Of a stretch of 64,000 nucleotides of DNA, positions 39,874 to 49,089 are shown piece by piece (within the stretch, counting starts at the first letter, position 1; the number at the start of each line of letters is the position of its first letter). The notes beneath the pieces were generated by a model. It searched no databases. It had not been told where the DNA came from and saw only the letters and a program-made list of their open reading frames with translations. A program made the translations under genes and the position numbers. Source of the stretch: an uncultured Mycoplasma sp. GTDB taxonomy: Bacteria; Bacillota_I; Bacilli_A; RF39; UBA660. Location of the stretch: assembly GCA_947646115.1 (NCBI GenBank), contig CANSFH010000001.1, positions 15,587-79,586 of the forward strand, given 5' to 3'.

Positions 39874-40695
39874 TTAGTTATCTCTCAAACATATTTGCAT
39901 TAAATCATATCCTAAGTTGTTTATTGATAATATTCCTTTTTCGCATCCCAAACGAGCTTGGGGATTTTCTGCTTTTAATTTTTCTATTATTTCATTACAT
40001 GCTGGTGAAACAGTTTTAATTAAATCATTATAAATACTTTTATCAGTATAATATTTAACATAACTTATCTCTATTAATCCTAATCTTACCAGATTTTCAA
40101 TACTGTTTGAGAATTGATTATAATCATAAATAAAATAATTTGAAATTTTAGCTACATATAAAGAATTATGAAATTCATAATCTAATAATTTATTATTAGA
40201 ATCGACAACATTTAATCTGCCAAAGGGAATACTTTTAGTATGTTTCATTTTATAAATGGCAGCTAGTAATTCTAAATCATATTTACTTAACTGTTTTAAT
40301 ATTTCAACATAACATATGTGACATTTACTTTTAGTTTTTATATCCATATCACTGATTAATATATTAGTATACATTTCAACTAAAAAATCTTGATCCAAAT
40401 TATATTTCAAAGTATCCATTACATTACCTAAAATATTTATACTTGGTTCAACTAAATCATCAGCTGGAATATTATTATATTTCCTTTCTAATTCGTCTAA
40501 AAATAATTGTTTCTTGTATTCTGAATTAGCTATGTATTTATAAGTAACATTATCAATAAAGGTTGTAATCACACTTAATAACTTTGTTATTCCTTTTGAG
40601 GCTTCATGCGCAGGCGGAATAATAACTGAATTTGTAATATTTTCTGCAGGTTTCGTTAAATCTGCTTCTACTTTTATCTCTTTTTTTACTGCCAT
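39874..40695 (-). CDS. Abi-alpha/DUF4393-like protein (abortive-infection associated family)
   Basis: 273 aa. The pattern EPSINILGNVMD...FLVEMYTNILIS...CYVEILKQLSKYDLELLAAIYK...IENLVRLGLIE resembles the Abi_alpha family as I recall it (P..I..il...L.emfanLL...F.eILkqLs..ea..L...NL.RLGLi). Confidence 0.55.
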   Translation of the reverse strand: MAVKKEIKVEADLTKPAENITNSVIIPPAHEASKGITKLLSVITTFIDNVTYKYIANSEYKKQLFLDELERKYNNIPADDLVEPSINILGNVMDTLKYNLDQDFLVEMYTNILISDMDIKTKSKCHICYVEILKQLSKYDLELLAAIYKMKHTKSIPFGRLNVVDSNNKLLDYEFHNSLYVAKISNYFIYDYNQFSNSIENLVRLGLIEISYVKYYTDKSIYNDLIKTVSPACNEIIEKLKAENPQARLGCEKGILSINNLGYDLMQICLRDN

Positions 40696-40697
40696 TT

Positions 40698-41074
40698 TTA
40701 ATCACTACCTTTATTTTCATTTAAATATTTATTATAAAATTCATCCATTGAAGAAATATATTCTTGATCTTGAATTACTCTATATTTTTCATATTCACTT
40801 TCAACTTTTTCTACCGTCTCTTTATGAATTACATTTCCTAAATGTTTTAAAACGTTTTTTCTTCTAAATTTTAATAAATCATCTGTTGCATTAATCCAAT
40901 CTTGCGTTGTCATAACATGTCTTTCTTTCGCTTCATCTTCAACAAATACTAAAACATATTTGTTAAGCCATTTAACTTATTTAATTCTTCTTCATTCAAA
41001 TAATTTTTAGCAACTACTTCATCATATTTATTACCTTTGGTAAATCTTGCGTCATTTAAAGTGAAACCCTTTGT
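40698..41074 (-). pseudogene. decayed rhuM-family gene (internal deletion plus frameshift)
   Basis: Own translation. Fragment TKGFTLNDARFTKGNKYDE is joined directly to VVAKNYLNEEELNKLN, followed by a stop. A shifted frame continues VLVFVEDEAKERHVMTTQDWINATDDLLKF...ESEYEKYRVIQDQEY, which is the tracked 71-aa ORF. These match N- and C-terminal RhuM blocks as remembered; most of the middle is missing. Confidence 0.6.
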
Positions 41075-41082
41075 ATTATATT

Positions 41083-41598
41083 TTAATCAAATATTTTGTC
41101 TGCTATTTCTTTAACATATTCACATGTTGTTGATATATCTAAATCTAATAATTCACTTTTAGATACAAATCTTATTTCTTCAACTTCTTCCTCTTGAATT
41201 TTTATTTTAGTAATATCAATATCTGTATGGGTTACAAATATATCGACTATTAAATTTTCACCAGCAATTCTTGAGGTAATAAATTTCATATTTTCCTTTT
41301 TAACATCTATTCCTAGTTCCTCTTTGGTTTCTCTAATTGCTGTATCAATACTTTCTTCCTTTGGTTCGCGTAAGCCATTTGTAGAACTCCACTTACTAGG
41401 ATTATTCTTTTTAAATTTTGACCTTTTTTGAACTAATATTTTGCCATCAGAATTAATTATCCAATTATTAACTCCAATTACATATAAACCTTCACCAGCA
41501 GAAGTTCCTCTTTTTACTAGTTTACCAGTATTTATTCTTTCTCCTAATTCATTTAGCGAAAAAGCTTCAACATATTCATTATTTTCTTTTAGTTCCAT
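41083..41598 (-). CDS. NUDIX hydrolase
   Basis: 171 aa with Nudix box GLREPKEESIDTAIRETKEELGI (GX5EX7REUXEEXGU). Confidence 0.8.
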   Translation of the reverse strand: MELKENNEYVEAFSLNELGERINTGKLVKRGTSAGEGLYVIGVNNWIINSDGKILVQKRSKFKKNNPSKWSSTNGLREPKEESIDTAIRETKEELGIDVKKENMKFITSRIAGENLIVDIFVTHTDIDITKIKIQEEEVEEIRFVSKSELLDLDISTTCEYVKEIADKIFD

Positions 41599-41613
41599 AT
41601 TTCCTCCTATATT

Positions 41614-42069
41614 TTATTTGATTAAGCCACCATTACACTTTAATTCATATATTTTTTTATTATTTTTATAAATGGTTTCTATACCATTAAAATTAGACAA
41701 ATCACCTATAACTTCAAAAGTGTATTTATATTTGCCATTTATAAATTCTTCAGGTCCTCGGACTGGAATAATACTTCTTTCTCCAACCATCATTAAGGCT
41801 GGTCTCAAAGCTTTATCCATAGCTTCTTCGCTTATTTCCTCATCTAGAGTAATGCCATAATAATTCATTCCCCAATAAGCATTATTATCCATATAAACCA
41901 CTTCTTCACCAATAAAACGAGTTCCACCAAAAAAAGTATCATGATAAATCATATTATCTTTCTTATATTCATAATCTATTGATTTTAATCTTGAACTTTT
42001 TATTTTTTCAACATTTCCATTAGCATATGTCTCTTTCTTTGCTTCAATTAAAAATTTTTCTAAATTCAT
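41614..42069 (-). CDS. DUF5680-like protein
   Basis: 151 aa. FLIEAKKETYANG...YHDTFFGG..FIGEEVVY...YWGMNYYG...NGGLIK matches my recollection of the DUF5680 family. Confidence 0.55.
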   Translation of the reverse strand: MNLEKFLIEAKKETYANGNVEKIKSSRLKSIDYEYKKDNMIYHDTFFGGTRFIGEEVVYMDNNAYWGMNYYGITLDEEISEEAMDKALRPALMMVGERSIIPVRGPEEFINGKYKYTFEVIGDLSNFNGIETIYKNNKKIYELKCNGGLIK

Positions 42070-42084
42070 TATTTACCTCTTTTT

Positions 42085-42657
42085 TTAATAATTTAATACT
42101 TCTTTTATAATTTTTCTAATTTCAAATATTCTCTTATTTATAAATTCTGGATGTGATTTAATCCATCTTCTATTTAAAGGAGATGGATGAGGTAAGACTA
42201 TAGTAAGTTTACCATTCCAAATATTATTTTTAAACACTAAATCTTCAAATACTTCATTTGGAAAAAATATTTTAGCAGCTTTCGCACCAATTATAATATA
42301 AATTTTATTATTTAAAAGTTGGAGTTCTTTTTCTACCCATTTATTAAAACAACATTTAGGCGGACATTTATCATTACCATTTTTATCTTTTCCAGGATAA
42401 CAATGGGCAATCGCGCCAATAAAGAAATTATCTTTATTATAAAAAATATCCTCACTTATTTGATACCATTCTCTTAAAGTTTTACCACTCATATCTGTAA
42501 ATGGTTTGCCACTATTATGAACACTTAAGGATGGAGCTTGACTTATTTGGGCAATTAAAGCATTTTCATTACCCCAAAAGACAGGATGTGGTATAAATCC
42601 GAAAGCTTCCTCACAATATCTGCAATTTTCTATTTCTTTTTTTAAATCTTCAAACAT
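42085..42657 (-). CDS. uracil-DNA glycosylase superfamily protein (family 4-like, Cys-rich)
   Basis: 190 aa. N-terminal CRYC, a QAPS motif, C-terminal HPSPLN, and further Cys residues (HCYPG, CPPKCC) compatible with an Fe-S cluster. Confidence 0.6.
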   Translation of the reverse strand: MFEDLKKEIENCRYCEEAFGFIPHPVFWGNENALIAQISQAPSLSVHNSGKPFTDMSGKTLREWYQISEDIFYNKDNFFIGAIAHCYPGKDKNGNDKCPPKCCFNKWVEKELQLLNNKIYIIIGAKAAKIFFPNEVFEDLVFKNNIWNGKLTIVLPHPSPLNRRWIKSHPEFINKRIFEIRKIIKEVLNY

Positions 42658-42659
42658 TT

Positions 42660-43151
42660 CTATTCCACTTTACCAATACTTTTAAAAGGATACATAACAA
42701 AATTAGTAGTACCTTTAATATCCTCTTTCTTTATAGGACCAAACACTCTAGAATCCATTGAAATTACTCTATTATCACCTAAAACATAATATTCGTCATC
42801 TTTTAAAGTAATTTTATCAATGCTGTAGGTATTGCCTACCCCATACTTATCTGAAAGTGCTTTATCATTAATATAAATTTTGCTATCTATTATTTCAATA
42901 GACTCACCGGGAAGTGCTATTACTCTTTTAATTAAATTATCATTTTCTTCATCGATTTTTAAAACAACTATATCAAAACGATCAATTTTACCTAACTTAT
43001 TTAATAACATTATTTCTTTTCCTTTAAGAGCGGGATACATGCTTGAACCATTTACTTTAACGGGTGTAGCTATAAATGTTCTTACAAGGATGACTACTAT
43101 TATTATAATAATATAAGGTACTAAATCTTTAAGTATTTTTTTTATATTCAT
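42660..43151 (-). CDS. lepB: signal peptidase I
   Basis: 163 aa with an N-terminal TM segment, GSSMYPAL (catalytic Ser), KRVIALPGE and GDNRVISMDSR. Confidence 0.88.
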   Translation of the reverse strand: MNIKKILKDLVPYIIIIIVVILVRTFIATPVKVNGSSMYPALKGKEIMLLNKLGKIDRFDIVVLKIDEENDNLIKRVIALPGESIEIIDSKIYINDKALSDKYGVGNTYSIDKITLKDDEYYVLGDNRVISMDSRVFGPIKKEDIKGTTNFVMYPFKSIGKVE

Positions 43152-43255
43152 ATTTTTCTCCTTTTAGCCTAAATTTATAGTATCACTTTTTTTAATTTTC
43201 TTCAATAAAAAAAGAAATTAATCGCTTAATTTCCATTTTAAATTTAAAATTATTA

Positions 43256-43603
43256 TTAACGTCCATTTCTTTCTTTAACACGGTATTCTTTACGCATACC
43301 TTTAATAAAGTTAAGTTTAGCACGTCTAACCATACCTTTTTTAAGCACTTCAATCTTATCGATTGTAGGAGCATTAACTGGAAAAATACGAGTTACTCCA
43401 ATGCCACCTGATTTTTTTCTTACTGAAAAAGTTTCAGATACACCACTACCTTTTTTAGCTACTACTAAACCTTCAAAAGCTTGGATTCTTTCTTTTTTTC
43501 CTTCTTTTACCCATACATCAACGCGAACAGTGTCGCCTACACGAAATTCTGGTATGTCTTTTTTAATATGACGTTCATTAATTTTATCAACTAAATTTGC
43601 CAT
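43256..43603 (-). CDS. rplS: 50S ribosomal protein L19
   Basis: Start placed at M4 of the tracked ORF (MANLVDKINERHIKKDIPEFRVGDTVRV), with a GAGAGGA RBS 8 nt upstream. 115 aa. Confidence 0.92.
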   Translation of the reverse strand: MANLVDKINERHIKKDIPEFRVGDTVRVDVWVKEGKKERIQAFEGLVVAKKGSGVSETFSVRKKSGGIGVTRIFPVNAPTIDKIEVLKKGMVRRAKLNFIKGMRKEYRVKERNGR

Positions 43604-43680
43604 ACTACACATCCTCTCTATATTTTATTAACCAACAATCATTATTATATATAAGCGGATTGTTTTCTTGGGTCTTAACA

Positions 43681-43689
43681 ATTATATCA
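43681..43689 (-). promoter_or_regulatory. extended -10 promoter element upstream of rplS
   Basis: Minus strand TGaTATAAT. The roughly 70-nt leader contains an AACAATC...GATTGTT stem, a possible L19 autoregulatory leader (not verified). Confidence 0.4.
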
Positions 43690-43712
43690 TAAAGTATTTT
43701 AAATTACAATAA

Positions 43713-44180
43713 TTAGTTAACGCTTTTTAATAAGACTGTATAAGCACCGTTAGGGCTTTCTACTGATACTTCTTCACCAGCTTTGTGACCTATAACAGCT
43801 TTTCCAATTGGCGACTCATTAGATATTTTATTATTAAATGGGTCAGCTTCTAAAGAACCTACGATTTTAAATTCTTCACAATCATCTGGTTCATATTCAA
43901 TAACAATAGTTGATCCAACATTAGCTACATGTTTATCAATATTTTCAACTATTTCACAATGTTCAAGTTTATATTCAAGTTCTTTAATGCGGCTTTCTAA
44001 TTGTGCTTGTTCATTACGAGCAGCATCATAGTCAGCATTTTCAGATAAATCACCTAAACTACGAGCATATTTTAATGAATTAATTACTTCTGGTCTTTTA
44101 TTTAATTTTAAATCATTTAACTCAGCTTCAAGTTCTAAATAACCTTCGGGAGTTAATACTACTCTATTATCTTTTTTCAT
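43713..44180 (-). CDS. greA: transcription elongation factor GreA
   Basis: 155 aa with the canonical acidic tip LGDLSENADYDAARNEQ and a C-terminal domain (ISNESPIGKAVIGHKAGEEV). Confidence 0.9.
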   Translation of the reverse strand: MKKDNRVVLTPEGYLELEAELNDLKLNKRPEVINSLKYARSLGDLSENADYDAARNEQAQLESRIKELEYKLEHCEIVENIDKHVANVGSTIVIEYEPDDCEEFKIVGSLEADPFNNKISNESPIGKAVIGHKAGEEVSVESPNGAYTVLLKSVN

Positions 44181-44226
44181 TTTTTTAATCTTCTCCTCAA
44201 AACAAATTTTGTCCTACAAAAGAATA

Positions 44227-45417
44227 CTACAAATACATACTTTTGTCAAACGATTTTAATCGCATCATTGAACCAACTGGTAAATTACCTGTAAAATCTA
44301 AGTATGTAAGCATTCTTGGATGCCTTGCTACTTCAATAGGATTCATGTTTTCATCATATATTTTATTAATTTTATAAGTTATTGGTTCAATTCCTGGACC
44401 AAAAAACTCAACTTCATCGCCAATTTTAAAGAAATTACGTTCTTCAACTAGTATTTTATTATTATCAGCTTTTTTTAATACTATACCTAAAAAATCTTGA
44501 TTAGATATTTCTTCACGTCCTAAATAATATTGCTCTTTATCACTGGGTAATTTATCATAAAATTGGACAGTGCTATCACGATTAGCGCAACGGTTAATTA
44601 TAGCATTAGAATATAATATGTCTTTTTCAGTTAATTTATTACTTTTAGTTAAATCTATTAATTTACGATATTCATAAATAACAGTTGCAATATAATAAAT
44701 TGAACGCATTCGACCTTCTACTTTAAAGGAATTAACACCAATATCCATCATGTCTTTTAAGTACATAGCCATATTTAAATCTTTAGGCGTCATACTAAAT
44801 ATTTCTGGCTCTTCGTCTACCTTAAAAGTCCAACGACAAATTTGAGCACAACCACCACGATTAGAGTCTCTACCTGTAGTTACATTTGACAAGACGCATT
44901 TGCCACTTATGCTAGTACACATCGCCCCTTGGATAAAGCATTCTAAATCAAGACCTGTTTTTTCTTTAATAAGTTTGATATCTTCTCTACTTGCTTCCCG
45001 AGCTAAAACTATTCTTTTAACGCCTAGTTTTTTATAAAATAGTGCTGCTTCATAATTTAGGGTTGAACTTTGGGTTGATAAGTGAATTTCTAAATTAATA
45101 TTATGGTCTTTGATACATTTAATAACTGCGATATCGCTTACGATTACTGCATCAATACCAATATTAGCTAGTTCTTGTAAATATTCTTTTAAACCTTTTA
45201 AATCGTTGTTATGAAGGACAATATTTACTGTTACATAAATTTTTTTATTTAAGTTATGAGCAAAAAGCGTGGCTTCCTTGAGTTCTAGAACACTAAAATT
45301 AATAGCATTAGCACGAAGACTATAGTTATATCCACCTACATAAACAGCATCAGCGCCATAAAGATAGGCTATTTTTAATCTTTCTAAATTTCCGGCAGGA
45401 GCTAGTAATTCTATCAT
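44227..45417 (-). CDS. peptidase U32 family protein (YrrO/TrhP-like)
   Basis: 396 aa starting MIELLAPAGNLERLKIAYLYGADAVYVGG. Synteny with the B. subtilis yrrM-yrrN-yrrO block. Confidence 0.8.
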   Translation of the reverse strand: MIELLAPAGNLERLKIAYLYGADAVYVGGYNYSLRANAINFSVLELKEATLFAHNLNKKIYVTVNIVLHNNDLKGLKEYLQELANIGIDAVIVSDIAVIKCIKDHNINLEIHLSTQSSTLNYEAALFYKKLGVKRIVLAREASREDIKLIKEKTGLDLECFIQGAMCTSISGKCVLSNVTTGRDSNRGGCAQICRWTFKVDEEPEIFSMTPKDLNMAMYLKDMMDIGVNSFKVEGRMRSIYYIATVIYEYRKLIDLTKSNKLTEKDILYSNAIINRCANRDSTVQFYDKLPSDKEQYYLGREEISNQDFLGIVLKKADNNKILVEERNFFKIGDEVEFFGPGIEPITYKINKIYDENMNPIEVARHPRMLTYLDFTGNLPVGSMMRLKSFDKSMYL

Positions 45418-46217
45418 TTTTCATCACTCCTTAACTTAACAATCATTTCGGTTTCACTTAAATATTTATATGGGTAGTCACTATCTAAATTATTTTTTCT
45501 ATTTATAATATTTATAACTTCTTCATTACTTAAAAATACAGTATTAATTAAATTATATAATATATTTTCTTTGTTAGATAATGATAATCCATTATAAGGA
45601 TCATTAGTATAGATTACTGTTCCATAAGCATTCTCGATAATTTTGAATTTTTTATGACTCATAGTTTCTTCAAGACTGCTATTTAATGAAACCTTTTTAC
45701 TAAAATGCTTATTATAATTAGTGATTAAAGTTCTTCTAGAATACATTATATTGACGTGACCAAAAGCATATAATACAAGTGGTTTATTAGCCTTTAATAA
45801 TATTTCTTCTGTCTCTTCTTTAGTAACATCGGTACTTATTACGACACTATCTACATATTCTAAATAAGCATTAATACTTTCATAATTGCAATTTAAATGA
45901 TTTAAAAATAATATTTTAGTAATGCTCAAATTTAATTCTTGTAATATATTTAAAACGCCAATATCATCAAAAACAATTCCTTTTATATTTTTAGGTAAAT
46001 GTTTTAGAATCTTTTTTAACTCAATAATTGAGGTATTGTCTAAAATGCGATTAACAAAAATAAAGCCTTCAACATTAATTTCTTTAATATTAAATGTTTT
46101 AGTGTAGCCGACACTAAAACCTTCTAACGGAAAAAGGAAAGTAATACTACTTTCTTTCTTTAATGTATCGATTAAATTATAATCATTAATGAGTAATAAT
46201 GTTTTATTTTTTGTCAT
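45414..46217 (-). CDS. U32-family-like protein (YrrN-like)
   Basis: 267 aa. Assignment rests mainly on position between the methyltransferase and the U32 gene; 4-nt and 14-nt overlaps indicate an operon. Confidence 0.55.
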   Translation of the reverse strand: MTKNKTLLLINDYNLIDTLKKESSITFLFPLEGFSVGYTKTFNIKEINVEGFIFVNRILDNTSIIELKKILKHLPKNIKGIVFDDIGVLNILQELNLSITKILFLNHLNCNYESINAYLEYVDSVVISTDVTKEETEEILLKANKPLVLYAFGHVNIMYSRRTLITNYNKHFSKKVSLNSSLEETMSHKKFKIIENAYGTVIYTNDPYNGLSLSNKENILYNLINTVFLSNEEVINIINRKNNLDSDYPYKYLSETEMIVKLRSDEK

Positions 46218-46800
46218 TTTTCTTTACACTCACAGCAAGTCCATCTCCTATATCATAAAAATTAGTATCAAATTCTTTATTTTCTTTTAAAAACTCAATA
46301 TAATTTTCGATTTTTTCGACTAGACTACGTAAATTTTTAGATTCAATTTCGCTAGATTTCCCAACATTGCCATGGAATTTTAAATTATCTGTAATAATTA
46401 CACCATTATCTTTTAAGAAGTATTTAAATTTTTCAAAAAATTTAATAGATTGGGCTTTAGCAGCATCAATGAATATCATATCATATGAAACGTTGCTTAA
46501 GTTAACATCTAAAGCATCTTGAAATACAACATTTATTTTTTGTTCAAAACCACATTTCTTAACATTTTTTAAACACTCCATATAACGAGTCTCATCACGT
46601 TCAATTGTAGTTACAGTAATATCTTTTTCAACACTTGCCATTAAAATAGCAGAATAGCCAATAGCACTTCCTATTTCTAAAATATTTTTGATTTTATTAG
46701 TTTTTATATATTTCATTATTAAAGTAATGGAATCTTTTTCTATTATTGGAACGTTATGCTCTTTCGCATATTCTTCCATTTCTAATATTAAATCTTTCAT
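46204..46800 (-). CDS. SAM-dependent O-methyltransferase (YrrM/TrmR-like)
   Basis: 198 aa with SAM motif ILEIGSAIGYS and FIDAAK, class I (COMT-like). The position after mltG is conserved. Confidence 0.75.
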   Translation of the reverse strand: MKDLILEMEEYAKEHNVPIIEKDSITLIMKYIKTNKIKNILEIGSAIGYSAILMASVEKDITVTTIERDETRYMECLKNVKKCGFEQKINVVFQDALDVNLSNVSYDMIFIDAAKAQSIKFFEKFKYFLKDNGVIITDNLKFHGNVGKSSEIESKNLRSLVEKIENYIEFLKENKEFDTNFYDIGDGLAVSVKKNDKK

Positions 46801-46812
46801 AAAACTCTCTCC

Positions 46813-47883
46813 TTAATTATACGTATACCATAAACCTGCGGCTCTGAGTTCACGTATTTTAGCTTCGTGTTCGCCATTTGTTCTTGTAAAATATGTTTTT
46901 TTATTCTTATCAGCGACAAAGAATAAGTAATCATGTTCACTGGGATTAATTGTAGCTTTTATGGATTCATAACTAGGATTGCTTATAGGCCCTACTGGAA
47001 TACCATTAATAGCACATTTACCTCTAGTATTATATGGATTACAGGCATCAATTTCATATTGCCATAGATCAGTAGAAAAATCCTTTTTTGCAGCATAGTA
47101 AGCAGTTACATCACTACCTAGCGGCTCTCCTCTTTTTAAACGATTGTAGAATACGCCTGCTACACCTGCTCGATCATCAGAATTAGCGCCTTCACTTTCA
47201 ACTATGCTAGCTAAAGTTATTATTTCGTGAATATTATATTTAGAATTTTCAATAGTAGTTTTTAGATCTTTTAAACGATCATTCATGCCATCTAACATTT
47301 TAGATACAATATCTTTTACACTACTACCATTATATAATTCATAGGTATTAGGAAATAAATAACCTTCTAATGGATAATATATGCTATCATCTAAAATATT
47401 GTCAGTTAAAAACCAATATTTGGCAATTAATTCTTTTATATATTCTTCATCATTTAAGATTTTTAGTACTTCATCAGATGAAGAATTAGTAGCATTCGCT
47501 ATAGTTTTAGCATAATCTGTTATTTTTTTGCCTTCAATAAATGTTAATTTAAAAGTATTGTCAACTTCTATTATTTTTCCAGCATTGATTTTAGCTATTA
47601 TTTCCTTGGCAGTCATATTAGGTGATAATTCATAATTTCCTGCTTGTAAATTTAGTTTGTTATTTAAACCAACATAAATATATAAGGCAACTTTACTTTT
47701 AATAAGGCCCGCTTCTTTTAATTTATCTACAATTTTAATTTTATTAGTACCAGCATCTACAGTAAATTCGACAGTTTTAGCGTCATTTGATGCAGGTGTT
47801 AGACCATAAAAATATAGGCCTATTAATAAAGCGATAATAGCTATTAGAGCTACCGCTATAATAATAATTTTTTTCTTTTTCAT
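46813..47883 (-). CDS. mltG: endolytic murein transglycosylase MltG (YceG)
   Basis: 356 aa with an N-terminal TM segment and YceG motifs LASIVESEG and NPYNTR. Confidence 0.88.
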   Translation of the reverse strand: MKKKKIIIIAVALIAIIALLIGLYFYGLTPASNDAKTVEFTVDAGTNKIKIVDKLKEAGLIKSKVALYIYVGLNNKLNLQAGNYELSPNMTAKEIIAKINAGKIIEVDNTFKLTFIEGKKITDYAKTIANATNSSSDEVLKILNDEEYIKELIAKYWFLTDNILDDSIYYPLEGYLFPNTYELYNGSSVKDIVSKMLDGMNDRLKDLKTTIENSKYNIHEIITLASIVESEGANSDDRAGVAGVFYNRLKRGEPLGSDVTAYYAAKKDFSTDLWQYEIDACNPYNTRGKCAINGIPVGPISNPSYESIKATINPSEHDYLFFVADKNKKTYFTRTNGEHEAKIRELRAAGLWYTYN

Positions 47884-47892
47884 AAATCCTCT

Positions 47893-48168
47893 TTATTCTT
47901 CCATTTTATCTTCAATTTGAGCAAGTAAATCTTCAACTAAATTCCATTCTTCTTCGGTTTCAATATCACTTAACTCTAGTTTATCATCATTTTCAGTATA
48001 TATAGCTGCATAAGTAATAATACTGCCACTTTCATCAGTATCATTATCAGTAAATATAATATAATCTTTATTATTTTTTTCTGAATTGAAAGTAAATAAT
48101 ACCTCGTATTCAATTTCCTTTCCTGATTTATCTTTTACTGTAAAGGTATGGCTTTTTTCATTATTCAT
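47893..48168 (-). CDS. DUF1292 protein (YrzB-like)
   Basis: 91-aa acidic protein (EYEVLFTF...YIIFTDN). Conserved position between ruvX and mltG. Confidence 0.7.
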   Translation of the reverse strand: MNNEKSHTFTVKDKSGKEIEYEVLFTFNSEKNNKDYIIFTDNDTDESGSIITYAAIYTENDDKLELSDIETEEEWNLVEDLLAQIEDKMEE

Positions 48169-48592
48169 TTTTATTTTCCTCCATAGTTAGAAATGTTTCT
48201 AAAATAATTGTAGCCGCAACCCCATCGATTACTTTTTTTCTCTTTAGCCTGCTCATATCCGCATTTATTAAAATATTTTCAGCTTCAGTTGTACTTAGTC
48301 TTTCGTCAACTAAATATATAGGAATATCTATTTTGCTCTCAAGCATTTTCTTGAAATTTTTGCTTCTTTCAGAGGCAAATCCTTCAGTATTATTCATATT
48401 TTTAGGTAAGCCTAAAGCAATTTTTTGAATATCTTGATAGTTATTTATTATATCTAGAAGTTCATTGATTGCTGTTTCGTAATCATTACTATTAAAACGA
48501 ATTACTTTTAAAAAATTGGCTAAAGTACCCGTTTTATCTGTAATGGCTACGCCTAAAGTTTTAGTTCCTAAATCAAGTCCTAAATACCGCAT
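48161..48592 (-). CDS. ruvX: putative pre-16S rRNA nuclease / Holliday junction resolvase-like RuvX (YqgF/YrrK)
   Basis: 143 aa starting MRYLGLDLGTKTLGVAITD, with DERLST. Confidence 0.85.
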   Translation of the reverse strand: MRYLGLDLGTKTLGVAITDKTGTLANFLKVIRFNSNDYETAINELLDIINNYQDIQKIALGLPKNMNNTEGFASERSKNFKKMLESKIDIPIYLVDERLSTTEAENILINADMSRLKRKKVIDGVAATIILETFLTMEENKNE

Positions 48593-48725
48593 AGTTAAGT
48601 TCCTTCCTTAAGTACAGACAATATTTTAACAAATTTTTCTTAAAATTACAAGTAGTGGGAATTATTTCCATAATTTGTACTTTATAAATTTCAAAAAAAA
48701 TTTCATCATTTTTTGATGAATTTGC

Positions 48726-48962
48726 TTATTTAACTGCACAACTTCCGCGCCAAGTTATTACTGTTTTGCCGTCATTATCAATATCGTAATTATAACACAT
48801 TGTTTTAGATTCGTTGCATACTGCTAAAGCACAATGCTCGTCACGTTCAGTTTTAGCACTACTCGCAGATTTAAATTTTATATAGCTAAAAATAGCAATT
48901 TCAATAATTATTAAACTTAATAAAACAATTAAGAATTTTTTTAGACTTATTTCTTTATTCAT
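48726..48962 (-). CDS. small membrane-anchored Cys-containing protein
   Basis: 78 aa: TM segment plus an ectodomain with 4 Cys. An AGGAG RBS lies upstream. Confidence 0.4.
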   Translation of the reverse strand: MNKEISLKKFLIVLLSLIIIEIAIFSYIKFKSASSAKTERDEHCALAVCNESKTMCYNYDIDNDGKTVITWRGSCAVK

Positions 48963-48972
48963 AAATACACTC

Positions 48973-49089
48973 CTATTTAAAGATTATTTTCAAAAATATA
49001 AAAGATAATAATAATGCTGCTATACCAAAAAATAATGCTTCATATAACTTTATAGTTTTACCTACCCTTTTTTTATTGTTTTTAGACAT
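48973..49089 (-). CDS. possible 38-aa membrane peptide
   Basis: Own translation: MSKNNKKRVGKTIKLYEALFFGIAALLLSFIFLKIIFK. Its ATG directly abuts the rdgB stop (TAGATG). Below the ORF-track cutoff. Confidence 0.3.
   Translation of the reverse strand: MSKNNKKRVGKTIKLYEALFFGIAALLLSFIFLKIIFK

Noticed and set aside
43613-43680. The rplS leader as the L19 ribosomal-protein autoregulatory RNA motif
   Set aside because: Only a single 7-bp stem (AACAATC/GATTGTT) is visible. I cannot verify the Rfam L19-leader consensus from memory. It is mentioned under the promoter feature only.
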